DNA of 64,000 nucleotides from Chrysomallon squamiferum (Eukaryota > Animalia > Mollusca), in NCBI GenBank assembly GCA_012295275.1, contig CM022666.1, positions 10,230,001 through 10,294,000 on the forward strand. Direction: 5' to 3'. The notes below the pieces were generated by a model that saw only the letters and a list, made by a program, of their open reading frames with translations, had not been told where the DNA came from and made no database searches. Below are positions 27,801-42,800 of this stretch, one piece after another (the stretch's first letter is position 1; each line of letters opens with the position of its first letter). A program made the position numbers and the translations under genes.

Positions 27801-30800
27801 TATCTCAGTAACTATGCATGGGTATCAAAATCATTTTGGTGTCTATCCCCATGTTTTGAGGGGTAAAGAATCAGATTAAGCCATTTCAGTCAAGATCACA
27901 CCAATATTTTCTGCAAAATATGCAAAAATCACCTTCAATGTATATCCGAGTCATTACAGAACATCCCCTTTACTTATGCTGATGCATGTTGGCATTACTG
28001 ATTTGACTCAGTCCTCAAACAAGTCACTTTCAACAATACTGTCACAGTCATCAACCCGTCGGGTGTGCTCATTCCGCCAGTGTGCTTCTCCGTGACATCC
28101 ACAAAACATTGTGCATGGCAAGTGAGCTGTATAGCATCCACACATTGCTGTCAAACAGGGTGTATCCATAGCACAACCACACCTTATCATTTCCAGCACC
28201 TCTGAGGGAGCAACATTAATGTTTGGTTGCAATGTTACTGGGATCAAGCATCTAGTGCGTTCGTCACGTTTCCATCTAAACTCAACAGGATCTAATTCTG
28301 GAGGTTCTGAGTTGAGAGCTGATTTCCAAATGGCAGTCTGAATGTGCACCCGCTTTACGTTCTCTTTGAATGCCTCTTTAGAAGGTGGAAGTGACTTAAG
28401 CTCTGGAGCCTTTGTCAAATTTGTTCTACCCATCCTTCACGACCAGACTTCTCCACGGACCTCAGACATGTTTGATGTCGCCAAGCTTTTGACCCCGTAG
28501 CAGGCAGCCATGAATGTTGTCGCTTCTTCAGTGATGTCACCTATGTCCTCAGATAATACACCCAATTTGAGCAGTTCTACACCACTGTTAAGGACTTTGA
28601 AGACGGTGCTTTTTCCTTCTCCAAAGCACTGAGCCACAGTGTCACAGCCTGAGAGGGCATGGGCAGCTGGCAGTTATGAAAGCAAGTGTCCATGTTCACT
28701 TGCAGTTGCCCCAATGTCTATAGTAGTTCGTTCAGCACTTGGTCCTTCCATTGTAAGACGACAGGTCAGGTTCAGCTTTGCGTAGAAGTGCAGCAGGAGG
28801 ATGAAAACATCTGTGTCCTCACATACGATGTTGATTCTTTGTACGCCACTTTCAGCTGCCTTAACCATCTGCTGTATGATTATTACATCCACTTCTTCAT
28901 GGCAAGTCATGAGATCTTCCCTACGGAAGACAATGCCATCCTGAATTACAACTGGTACAGAGTCAGTAGAGGTAATGACCAGACTGTGTTCATTCGGCTC
29001 GTCCTGTGCTTTCTGGATCAAATTCTGACATATCAGATCTATGACCTGTACCTTATTCTCAGTTACTGTAAGGACAACATTCTGGGGTGGCAATGGAGTA
29101 TGTAACTGCAGTTTGTGTCGTCGGCTCGCTCTGTCACCAGCTCGAGCTGCCCGCATTCCACTTTTAATGCTGAAGTTGAAGTAGCGATCAAAGATCAGGT
29201 TTGTGTGTCCTGGCTTGCCACCTTTTTCATCACATTCCTCGTGAAGCTGTTGACAAAATCTGCCACAGTTCCTTGATTAGGCCAGTTTATAACCTAAAGG
29301 ATAGCACAGCCATCCAGTATTTCTACCTCTGATTTCTCAACCAACCACTGGGACACAGTCAGCTGCAGATTCTTCTTCAGCATTGATTTCATAGTTGCAA
29401 TTCTCATTTTGCCTTCATTCATCATCAAACATTGAGGTAGACACGGGTGACAGTTCATGCACAAGGACAGTTTTGATATCAATGTTTTGAGATTGTTGCA
29501 ACCCTAGTACCCGCGAGTAGATGAGATTCATGTCATACACATTATTGTTCCCAACCCTTACTGCCTTTCTCTTCACTGCCATGGTCACCACCAACTTGGA
29601 TAAGGATGCATTAAATCTGCCAGGCCAGCTCTTTTCAAATGACACAAGTTGACCATTCCTGTTTAAGACAACACCGAGCGCAATCTGGAGGGTTGTGAAT
29701 CTACCACTTATGGCATTAGTAACAATGTTTCCGATGAGAGTGGCTGGTAAGGTGTGGTCCAACTTTGTAGAAAGCTTTGATAGCAAGGATAACAAAGTCA
29801 AGGGCAATGTCCATATCAACTCTGGCATGATAGTTCTTGTCATCAACTAATGATTCCTTTACATCACGGACAATCTGGTAAGCAACCTTTTCCAGTCCAA
29901 TCTCAATATCATCTTCATCACTGCTCGGCACTAGTCTCAACAAACTGGATGCTTTACTTCGAAACACGAGCAGACTAGCAACACCTGTGCCACTCAGCAC
30001 AAGAAGATCCGAACCAAAGTATTCTAACAACCTGGAAACTGAGGTTCGGCGGCTAATGTCTCTTCCACCATTGGACTGGTATAGGTCGTATAATTCGATG
30101 GAATTCCACACTCGCGATGATTCTGCTCTCACTGCACTGACTGTCGTTTCAAAAGCCACATCCACCTCCTTTTGGCTACTACTAGATGCTGCTGAAGCTG
30201 ACTTCACTGACCGAGGTGAACAAAACTTCTTGTAAGAGTCTGTGTGGTATCTACCATTTGCTGCATGCAGATCACTCACTGCCCCAGCCAAACGTGTCTC
30301 TACCTCGCGTCCCCAGTCATTGTGATGAGATCTACAGACATCTAGAAGGGTTTCCTTAAAAGTCTTTCTCCCCTCACCACGGTCCACTGTCCTACAAAGA
30401 ACAAACCTGCGCCAACGCTATGGTGGCATTCCTCACCGCAGAAAAGGCAATGTTGCCTGAAGTTGAAGGTTGTCGATCCGGACCGACACAGACGTTTTCC
30501 TGCAGATGATACTTCAGAACCTTTTGATGCGCTCAGTTTATTCAAGTGTCTCTTGATGTGAGATTTGGATGTATATGTGGATACACAATCTCTATGACAA
30601 AGCACCTCTAAATCTTTGTCTGCCAACAGTCTAGTTTCAAGATCTTCATGGAGATTATCAAATGTTTGAAAAGTAATTGAATGATCTTTCATTTGATCCC
30701 ATGAACATAGGTTTTATTTTCAGCCAGTTTTTGTCAAAATTGGTTTGAAGGCATGAAAAAGTACGTTTTTGGACACAACTTTTGATATAAGCAATTGCCA

Positions 30801-33800
30801 GCGACGACAAGCACACGGTTAGAAAGATTGAACTTTGACCCTCCTAGCTGTGCTAAAAATAATATTGAAGCCATTTTGGCGAAAAACAAGCCAGGCATAT
30901 GTAGAGAGCCCCTATTTTAGGACTTTTTACTCCACACTGTTAATTGCTGACCACGGGTGCCGAAGTGCCTGTACCCCCATCGCATTCAACACTCTTGTAC
31001 AAAGAACTGATTCAACATACAACAAAAACAATACCACCATTTAAAAGAGCACATAAAGATCTTTAGTTAGATGTATTTTTTTTTAATGGTAGGTTTTATA
31101 GAAGGGATTTGTGAGTGGAGGAAAATGGATAAAATCTGAACTTTTAACGGCTTCGACCAATTATATCGGCTAGGCTGCCAGTACCTACATGTATTTGTTT
31201 TTTATGGTAGGATTTATAGAAGGGATTTGGGAGTGGAGGAAAATGGACAAAATCTTAACTTTTAACAGCTTCGACAAATTATGTCGGCTAGGCTGCTGGT
31301 ACCTACATTGTGGAATTATTTAATCATGTAACAAAATTTACAAAAACCCTGATATTTGGTGACTTTATGTAACAAAACTTAACAGATTTAATTTGATATT
31401 GACTTATTATAAAACAAATTTAAATATATATAGCAGACTAATAGATTTATCTATTTGTATTTATTTTAGAACATCCTGATGAAGAACCGGCACACATAAT
31501 GGCTGATGGCCGTTTTAATCACATTATGCAAGTGCAAGAGAGGCTCAGATTTCTAAGGTTTGTTTCTCTTGAAACATATTTTTTTTACCAATATTCATTT
31601 ATCACAAAGATGTATATTTTATCAGTAGTTTTATTTTAAATAATTCAGTAAGCAAAGAAATTGATAGGTTATATTTTTACTTTGACCAAATCCTTCATTA
31701 TTTACAGAAATGACAGTTGATTGATTACTAATCTTAACAGACTGCAAAGTATTTTCTGAGAAAAGATGTTTTAATAACTTTGAAACAAATTTGGATAATT
31801 TGTAGGAAAAAATAAATAGGAAAATTACATCAAGATCCACAAGTATAATGCTGTTCATTTTATTCACTTTTATTTATTTTTATTTTTGTTACTATTATTA
31901 TTATATATTTTTTTATATTGTACTCAGATTTCTTCTCAAAGATGGTCAGCTATGGCTCTGTGAACCACAAGCAAGACAGGTGACAAAATTAAATATTTAT
32001 AGATTTCTAAGAACTGTATTGTGATTTCAAAAACCCATCTCGGTTCATTATTGTTGTAAACGGATCAAAAATGAACACCATAAATGATTTGATAACGTAA
32101 AATTTTATAATTATTTTTTGTTTTACAAATTAATCCTTCTTTTTAATTTGCAGATCTGGCACTGTCTTGCAGAAACAGCTATCTACATTACAGACAGAGA
32201 AGCCTGTTTTAAATGGTTTGCAAAGGTGAATAGTAACAATTCAAATAAAATTTAGATGAAATGAAGAAAATAGTTATTCCACAAACATTTGTATTTTATA
32301 CATACTAATTATTATTTATTTATGCAATTAGTTCAGATTAATTTTATTTTTAATCATTCTATTTTCAAATGCAACACATACGTGATTTGGTTTGACGCAC
32401 AGTTTAAGTTTTAATTTCAGCTAATGGGTGAAGAACCAGATCTTGATCCAGATATAACAAGAGACTTCTTTGAGCGAAACATTTTACAGCTTGATCCATC
32501 TTTACTTACAGAAAATGGCATGAAGTATGTAATAATTATAATAGACTTTTTTGAAATGCAATATGAAGGTTAAGAATATAATCATTAAATAACAAGGCTA
32601 AAATATTTTCATAGATGGTTATTTTTTATAGTAATAAATAGTGGTGTTTTTTCTCTGCAGGGATTTTGTTCATTATGTCTTTTTTAATCCAATATATTTC
32701 TGATTTTTCTTAATGATGAAAGATGACATTTTTTATTTATTTTTCTATTTATACTTCTATTCTCAGTAAATATTATTTTATTATAGAAATTAAGTGTTTA
32801 AAAGTTTTTATAGCATGAAGAACAGTTAAAATTCTTGATTCACCAAAAATATAGAGACATAAAGTACATTCATTAATATAAAACTGATTCTTTATAATTA
32901 CAAACAGTGTTTCATTAACCTAAAATTTATCTTGCTTCAGCTGTTTTGAAAGATTTTTCAAGCAGGTCAACTTAAAAGAAAGTAAACTGATAACTAAACG
33001 ACGTGGTGGTTACATGATGGATGACCTTGAACTTATTGGTCTTGATTATATGTGGCGAGTAAGTGAAACCCTTCAAAATCATTGATATCAGTTTTACTGT
33101 ATAATCTTTTAAACATAATTTTGGCCATATTAAAATGTTTAAGTGGCTGTTACATATGTTACAATAAAGTTTTCCAGTTTCTGATTTTTAAATTGTAAGA
33201 TAATAACAATAGAAATATATAAATTGTTTACATGATGTAGACAAATAGATGCAGAATGAAAATGAATTCATCTAACCGCATGTCAGATTGTGTGGCAGTC
33301 CCAATTATGTTTTATTTTTGTTTCAACTAGAGAAAAAGCTTTTAAAAAAATGTGTTTTACAAAATTAAATTAAAAATTTAGAACTCACTGTTTCCATCAT
33401 GTGTTTCCAGGTAGTATTATGGAGCCCTGATGAAGTTGCAGAAAAAGCCATAACTTTACTGAAGGACATTTTCACCAACCTTGGTCCTCGACTGCAACAA
33501 AATCAAGTAGAAATTCATGAAGATTTTATTCAGTCATGCATAGACAGACTAAAAGCTCCATTTGACACTGTAACTGTGTTAGAAAAGGATCGTGATAGCA
33601 ATAATAGAGTGATGCAAGAATCAATTCGCATGGTTCGGATATTAACAGTGCTTCGCGAATATATTGCTGAATGTGATGAAGCCTATGGTGAAGAAAGAAC
33701 AATTTTACCATTGAGCAGGTGAAGTATTTGATAGAGAAAAAGATCTTCAGTTAAATACTGTTAGATGCTGAAACCTGAAGATATTTTTATTACTGGCAGC

Positions 33801-36800
33801 AAAAAATCTTTTTATGAAATAATTTAGTTCTGTTACTGATTAGTCTTGGATATCTGTTGCATTTTGTAGTAAAATTAATTTACTGGTTATCAAATACTGC
33901 AGTAAATAAGCATGTGTTCTTTCGCATTCTGTTGTTACATTATAATCGTTATTTAGGTACCAGCGGCATAATTTTTTATAACTTTAATTTTATATAATAT
34001 GAAATAAAATAAGTATAAAATAAAAGCTGCAGAAAGAACAAACCAAACATACAATAAATTATGACTGTCTCTATTGGTTTAAAAGATACGTGGAAGTCAC
34101 TTCCATAGGTAATGGGCAAATTGAAGAAAGAGCTACTTTGGCCAATTGTAGTTTGAATAATAAATGATATAAAAGACTTTCAGTTAACAAGCTACTGGGA
34201 CCATGTGGTTAAATGAGCTTAATTTTTTGCAGAGTCGTAAGTACCTGTATGTTCACAATAACATGTTGAACATGCCATATTTGTCAATATGAAAGGTGGC
34301 AGAATGTCCCTAAAATGACTAAAACCTGCAAACAGTCTCTGTCGTTTCAGTTTTTGCCTCATTTGAAAAATTCCACTGGTGTTGTGAACAATTTGTCATG
34401 ATCTTTCAAATCACATACTAGAGTCTAACATTTTCAGTAAAAAAAATGATTTTCCTCCAAGCCCATACAAAAATTAGTTTCAGCAAGAATTAATTAGAAT
34501 TTAACATTTATTTGTTGTTGTTTATAGTTTGAAGAGCAGCAGATCTACCTTTGTTGCTGTCACTGAAAGAATTTAAAAAAAAAAATTTAATTTTTTTTTT
34601 AATTTGATTATTTTTGTTTTATTATTCTCTTTTTTCTTCTTTTTTTGTAATTTAACATATGTTTGAACCTCAGATGCATTTTAGATAGATAGATAGATAG
34701 ATAGATATAATATACAATACATACACATTTTATGTTCAACTATAATCCTTTGCAGTATGTAAATTCAGCTAATCCTTGGAGTCTACTATCATCTACCTAT
34801 CATCTAACCACTGTTGATATTTTCTCTGATGGAGCTAATCAAAACTCGAAGCAAAAATACTCTGTTTTAAAACTGATCAATTTATTATTTTATCATATTA
34901 AAAACTGGATTAGTTTTTTGTTCAGCATTCTGTCAATACCTCTGGTTCTTGGAATCACAGAATACCTTGTACTGTGGTGTAGTATAGTTTATGTTTACTA
35001 TTTGTAATTTCCAATTATTGCAAACAATTGCCTGTCTTAGAATGGAAGAGATAATAATTGGCAAAACACAATTTTAATGTATTCATATTATAAACAGTAA
35101 AAGTCGGAACAATCTACAATTTATTAAAAATATAAATATATAAATATAATCATTTTAAACAGCACCTGTGGTTTCTTCTTGTACATAAAATAACAGGCAG
35201 TTTGGCCCAGTAGGAAATCAGAATATATGGCAGTTTTGCTATGCACATACTATTCATATTATACATACACTAAAAATCAGAACATTGAAGAAAAACATGC
35301 CAGCTAAAAATTATTAAAAATATAAAAATAAATAACTATAATCATTTTAAACAGTGCCAATCCTTTCTACTTGCATATATAATCTATGGTAGTTTGACCC
35401 AGTAAGAAACAGAATTTACGTTGATTTCACTACGCATGTGTTAACGTTCAAATGCAGAGCTGTTCTACATCAAAGATGTCAACGTTGCACATTTTTGTAA
35501 GCTAATTGATTATTAGGTTGTAGGGTTCCTTACAGCCAATTTTTGAAAAATTTGGTTTGAAGGCAAGCAAAAATACATTTTTGAACACAACATTTGGTAT
35601 AAGCTCCTGCCAATGACAACACAAGCATTGTTAGAAAGATCGAACTCAGCCAGGAAGGCTATAGTAAAAATAACACTGATGCGACTTTTGCATAGTTAAG
35701 CCAGGCATTTGTAGAGAGTCACTGGCCAACTATGGGTGGCAGAGATTGTTTACCCCCACCACATTTGAAACACTCGTACAAAGGACTCATCTAACACACG
35801 ACAGAAAAGACTATCATTTAAAAAATAATAATTGTCTTTATTTCCATAAATTTGTTTTTTTTAATATTAGTTTTATAGAAGGAATTTGGGAGTGGAGGAA
35901 AATGGACAAAATTTCACTTTTAATAGCTTTGTTCAATTATGTTAGTAGGCTGCCAGTACCTTCATTATTAAACAACAATTTTCATTCAGTTTAATTTCTT
36001 AGAAATATATAAAATTGTAAACTGTCATGCAGAAAGTAACGGAAACAGAATGTATGATAGTACATGAGTATTTTGCAGCATAAATAATTGGATTTAGAGG
36101 TTTGTTTCTGTAGATTTGCAGTTAAAGGAGCATATGGTTTATTAATAGCTTTAAAAAATAAAATAACTGCATCATTTTCTCAAACTATAATATTAACTTA
36201 GGGATTGAAACCTTTTTTTTTTTTGTAATTTCTTTCATCACAATTAGATCTTTTCCTTTTCCAGAGCCTGTCGAGGGAAACTTGTTACATTAAAAGTGAG
36301 ATTTCCTAACCAGGGGAGGCAAGTGGATGATCTTGAAATCTGGTCACATACAAATGATACTGTTGGTGCATTAAGGCGTCAGATTTTACAGAGAGTGAAA
36401 GCAAATGCAAACAATATTAAAGTGGACCTGTATGTAAATGGAGAACAGTTAGATTCTAGTGAAGATAAAAAACTTATTTCTCAGATACCATTGAGAGATA
36501 AGATGGTAAGTTTTGCTTATTAAACTTTTAAAATACTAGCAAATACAGTATTAATACGTATTGGTCTCATATGGACCTTACTCATGGTAATTTGATTATA
36601 ATACTAATAATAATTACTCATCAGGAAAGAATACTAGGAGAATGCCTTAAACTTGTGGGGATGTTATTTGTTTTTATTTTTTAAATTGTTCCAGTTTGAA
36701 AGTATTATCTTTAGAAGTAGGAAAGAAAAATCCTCTCTTTTGTTTTTACTTTTCTCTGAACTATAACAATTTAACCAAGAACTGATTTTATCCCAGACGA

Positions 36801-39800
36801 TTACAGCAAAGCTTGTTCAAGTCGGCAGTAATATGCCATCAAGTCCAGACAGTAGTTCTGATAGCTCAGCTGGCTCTCCACACCATACAGAAGATGGACC
36901 AAATGTGGAAGCAGAAAACTGTTTGCCAGGAGTTGTAAGTGTTATTAATAAGATAACTATTTTCCTTAATCTGCCAAGAATTAAATTTATAATATTTGTA
37001 ACTTCTTAAATTGTTTAATATGAAGAAGAAATCAAATAAAACTTGCATTATATTGACTGCATTTTTGTTATTTAAAAGAAATTAGTATCTGTATCAGTAA
37101 AATTAAATGGAATTTTAAAAGGAATGTATTTTTAAGTTCTTAATTTTTTTTGTTTTTTTTTCTTGGTACACTGGTTGATAAATAAATACTTCATTACCTA
37201 CTGAAAAGACAATTTTACATATTATTTTCTCACAACACACTTTTTTCTTTTCTTTTTTCTTTTTTGTATGTGTGTAGCTTATGTCTCAGACTGCACAGTA
37301 TGCACAGTTCCTGTTCCAGTTGTCAGATCTTGGATGTCAGCTTCAGGTGCCAAAATTACGTGACACTGCACGTGCCGTTCTCAAACTGATGCCTATGGGT
37401 AAGATTTTAGCATAACCATATTGTGGATCATTACAGTTTGACCTTAGTTGTTCACATTTAATCTTTCATATTGTTTATAATTGTAGTAAATTTATTCATA
37501 CTGAATTACTTAAAAGAATGGTAGTAGGAATTTCTTTTTCTCTAAATTAATGTTCAAGGAGCTAGTAAATAAAAAGTTAATTTATAACTAATTTTTGATT
37601 TGACATATATGCATTAAAAGGGTCAGGCAATTCTTCAGAACAGAATATAAGTAAAAATTAAATGATAACAAATGTTATATAAAAAATTATTTTGAACAAA
37701 ATAAATGGCAAATAATAAGAGATAAAAATAATGACAAAGAAATTATATTTTCTCAATAACAGATGTGCATACCATACAGAAATTTAGAAAAGTCTGTTTA
37801 GAACCTGTAAAAACAGAAGGAGTGTCACCAAATCTGGAAGCAATGTTCTTCAACACATCAGCAACACAAGTTTTATATAATGTTGAGGTACATTTTTAGG
37901 GTTTATTTAATTTAAAATTTATGAACATTCACAAATTTATAAAGTTTGTTGCTTTATGAATTAGTATTATTTTGGTAATTATTCATTGAAGTTGTGACAA
38001 CACAGAGCATCAATGAGTAAAAGCTAAACAGTGTATTTAAACACTTGAACTTTTAACAAACCCTTTTTGTACTATTAACTGAATTTGAAATTTTATATTC
38101 TAGGTGGCATATTGTTTGTTAATGCCTGCTTCAGACCCATTGTCTGAAGAAGCTTTTGAATTCCAGGTAAGTAATTGTTTGTCAAATTTATAATTTTATT
38201 ATTACAGAAAAATATAAACTTCTACACGTTTAATCAAGTAAAGCTGACAAAAACTTTATTTGTTGAAATGTAAAATAGTATATTTTTAGGTCATTAATTC
38301 TGAACAATTTAACATTCATATTTTTTGTTTGATTTTTGATTTTTTAGTTTAACTTTGTACGAAGTGGTGGTGTGCAGTTAGCCTTGAATATGTTAACAAA
38401 AAACAATTTCTTACCAAGTGCTGATTTGCCAACAAGAAGGTAATTACTTAAAAAAATTAAAGGATATTATTAATAATAAATTAGCAAACCAGTGACAGAA
38501 ATGATCATTATCAATGATGGGACTTTTCCTACGTTGAAAATGTTTGTAGAAAAACAGAAAACAAATATCCTCAGTATTTGGTTTGTTAGCTATTTCTTTC
38601 TGATTCCCAAAAATAAATGAATAAAAATAAGTAAAAACTTTTTGTCACTCTTCCTTCTATTTATTTATTTTCTAATTTTTTATTCTTTCATTCATTCTTT
38701 CATCCTTTTCTTCCATTAATTTTTTTTTTTTTAATCATGTTTACTCGGACTAATCTTGTTTTCTTTGTGAAACAGGACAGCTTATCTGACAGTTTTGAAG
38801 ATTTGTAAGCTAATGATGACAACTGTTGGTCATGCTAAAGTGCAAGTGGTTGTAGATGCATGTCATTCTGAGTCTCAAGTACATCAGGTCTCTGTTGTTG
38901 AACACAACCAGGCAGCAGCACTTCAGCAGGCTCTCATACATATACCTAGTCCAGACTCCGAGTTTACTACCCGTAGTGTGGCACTCAGACTGGGACAGCA
39001 CCTAGGTGATAAGGTGAGATTTCCATGTTTGAGGCATCAATTTTGAATTTAATTTCCTCTATATTGACTTTAACTAAAAATATGGCACTCTCATCATTTT
39101 CTTGAAATGAATTATCAAACCCGTTAAAAATAATTTGAAGCAGGTAATTATTTAAACTTTTTTATGTTTTATAGGCAACAGGAGTGCTTCCTGATTTATC
39201 AACAGTGAAAGCAATCCAAAAAATAGCATGGGCTGCAAGCAGTTGCTCACTGCATTTAGTACATGCATCAAATGAAGAAATACACAGAGCTCATGAAAAG
39301 GTGAGAGCACAGCGTATAATACAATAAAAGGTGTCTGTTGATGTTACAGCAATTAAGCTATAATTCACTGTTTATATGAAGTGTTAAGACCTCAGTGTAA
39401 ATTAATATTGATAGGACTGCATTCAGTATATATAGCTTTACTAACGTGAAACGTGAAGAGATATTTATGTTTAAAAAGTTTTTTTTTTTTTTTTTAATAA
39501 GGTGGGGGTGTTTTAGTTTGTTAAATCACTAATATTTAAAATAACATTTGTCTATTGCAGCCCAAAGAAGGCATTCATACTGACATGGAAGATATCAGTG
39601 TTGCCAGGGAGGCCATGGAGGTTCTAACGGTATGTCTTGCTTTGTACCCCTCTGCATTAGAAGCTCTTCACAAGGACAAAGCTTGGCAGTGTTTCATCAT
39701 AGATCTGCTACTACTTTGTAAAAGCAGGTAAAAAAAACCTTTGTCAGTTAATGTACACATGGAGAATGTATTTCTAATACCATTTTATACCACAGACAAA

Positions 39801-42800
39801 ACTGCTACAAATGCAGTTCTATTTTAAGATGTTATTTTTTTTAATCTTATAAATTCTGATTATCACCTAGGACAGTGATTCCCAACCTTTTCATCAATGC
39901 AGAGCCCTATAACATTTTTTAATATCCTGCGGTGCCCCCCCCCCCCACATATTTATTTTATTTTACCAGCTAAAACAAAAAAAGACAAAACTAAAGCAAC
40001 AGAAGTCCAAAAACATATATTAACATTATAACATAACTTCTTACCGTTAGTCAGTTAGTGTGAGACTTGGGCTTATTGTCCCTTGCACAGTTCTTCAATT
40101 CCAGGTCGTATTTTTGACAAACATACTCAAAGCTCTTCCTCGACCAACAGCAGACGATTTCTTGATTTGCTTTTAATGTTTGTGAGACAGGAAAAGACTT
40201 GTTCACAGAGGTACGAAGTTGAGAATTGTAATAAAATACTCAATACTTTTGCTGCAACCAAAGGAAATTCTGCTTTTATTGAAAGCCAGAACATATCAAG
40301 TGACACTTCGTTAAATTTCAGTTTCAAGCTTCAGTGAGACTGCAATTCTGTTAGTTCTTCTTCTTCTTACAGACGGAACATATTAAGTGAATTCAATGAT
40401 AATTCATTAAAAGGATTTCTAATCCAGTCATACAGTTCTACTGACAAAGAAGGAAAGTAGTTGTCAAGCCTATTTGACAATATTTCCAAATGCGCACCAA
40501 TTACTGCTACGACCTCCATATCAGCTGTGGCACCACGAAGTTCATATAGCAGGGGAAACATTTCAACATTTCCCCTTGAAATGTATTTTTTCCAAACTTT
40601 GAGTTTGTTCTGGAATGTAATAATTTTGTCTGTTGAAGTAAGGATGTTTTCATGTGGGCCCTGCATGCTTGTGTTCAGCGAGTTCAAATGCCGAAAAATA
40701 TCTGCTAAGTAGGCTAATTTCTGTACCCACTTTGCATCTTCAAGGCAATCAGTGAAATGTACTTTTTTATTATTTTTGAAGAAGGTCAGGAGTTCCTCTC
40801 GCATTTCTTATACCCTTGTTAGGATCTTTCCTCTTGATAACCATCTTACCTCAGAATGTAGAAGGAGAGTCACGTGGTCCTTGTGTATATTTTCACAGAG
40901 CTTTGCAAAAATGCGGGTCTTAAGAGGGTGCTGCTTTACAAAATTAATCATGTTAACAGTTACATCTAGAACTTCTTTTAAATCCTCCCCAATAGTTTGC
41001 GAACACAGAACTTTCCGGTGGATGAAACAGTGAGTCGTTATCACAGCAGGGTTTTTTTCTTTGACGAGTGTCACAAATCCTTTTATCGATCCAATCATTG
41101 CGGGAGCACCATCAGTGCAGATACCAACACACTGCATCCATGGCAAACCACAGGTTTCCAAGTAAGAGGACACCAGATTGAATATGTCTTGACCTTTAAT
41201 TGTTTCTGGCAGCTCTTTGCAAAAGATAAAATTTTCCACAATTTTACCTTCGTTTTCAAATCGAACGAACGCTAATAACTGGGCCTTAACAGTTATGTCT
41301 GTTGACTCATCTACTTGGAGAGCGAAGTTTGTACATTTTAGTATTTCAGATAAACCATTTTCAATGTTGTGGGACAAGTCAGTGATACACCTACTAACAG
41401 TATTGTCAGAAAGAGGAACTTTTGAGAATTCATCTGCAGCTTCTTGACCCAGCATGATTTTTGCCATTATTTTACAGGCAGGCAATATCAAGCTTTCAGC
41501 AATAGTGTGGCTTTTCATTTGTTTGGCAACTAACTCGGCTATCATATAGCTTGCTTCTTGGGCTTTGTTACTAACAGTAACCTTCTTTTCAGACATCGTA
41601 TGGGCTTTACCATTGGATTTAAGAAGTCTTTGAAAGTAATCAATATCTTTATTTAACAACTGACTGATTAGCTGTGAAATGGCCCTGTAACTTGGCCGGA
41701 AACATAGCTGCGTTAACAAGTGTTTTCCCACAAACAATGCACAATGGAAGTTGACAGTTTTGTTCTCCAGTCCATGTGAACCCAAAGGCCAAATATGTCT
41801 ATTGTAACGGCGATTTTTTTTAGTCTCACCCACTTTAGCTACCTTACTTGTACTTTGCTCTGCTAAGTGTTGCTCATCTTCACTATCTTCTTCTTCACTT
41901 GCACGTCTTCTTTTCAAATACTTCATCATCTTTCACGCGTTAAAATTTGTTTTCAAATATTGGCAGTTAGGAGGGAAGACAAAACACAACACGCACCCAC
42001 TCTGCTCTATTTGCAACTAACTTATGTGCTTCTAACAACCACGTGCATCTCAATGCAAGGGGTTGGCAGTACGTCATCAGTCACAAATATTTTTGCTTCT
42101 GCGCAATACAAATGATTTACCTGAAAAGTAAAATAAACTTGTTTTTTTTATATTAGAAACTATTTACACTTTAACTAATTAAATAGTTATTTATTTATAC
42201 AAATTACTATTTAAATTAGGCATGATATCCATATTATCCATGTGCATTGTACATAGTAATCATTGTAATGTTATTGTAGGTGTATTCGTTTGTTCTGTCT
42301 ATTTCATTCTGTCCATCTAACTGCCCCCAGTTTCTCCTTTTTTATTTATTAGTTATGTCATCTCTCGTGGAGCCCTTGATGATGCACCGCGGAGCACAAG
42401 GGCTCCGAGGAGCCCCATTTGGGAAACACTGACCTAGGACATATCATATTTATTGTGTTTGTATGTTGTATTTTTTAATCTGAATAATTTTATTATATTT
42501 CTTTCCAGTCGAAATATACGAATATGTGCATCTGAGCAGTTTGTTTTAATGGCCACCCGATGCAGTACAAGTCCACGACCTCTTGTTTTCTTTATTACTC
42601 TTCTTTTCACTGTCCTTTCTGTAAGTATTTAAATTTTGTTTAGTGTTTTTCAAAATTTATTTTCAATTTCAGTGAAAACAGTATCTAGTCTTACATCTTG
42701 TTGTAAATATTTATATCATCAAAACTGAGAAGGAACAAAATCTATTCATGTAAACAGGAATAATATTTTTTTCAGACTGAGAAAATAAAGACACAAACAC

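Noticed and set aside
30835-31044. Similar small ORFs at 30835-31044, 35746-35994 and 43952-44200, which look like a peptide gene family
   Set aside because: They are the same subterminal segment of transposon copies B, C and D. Starts and frames differ, with no sign of conserved coding.
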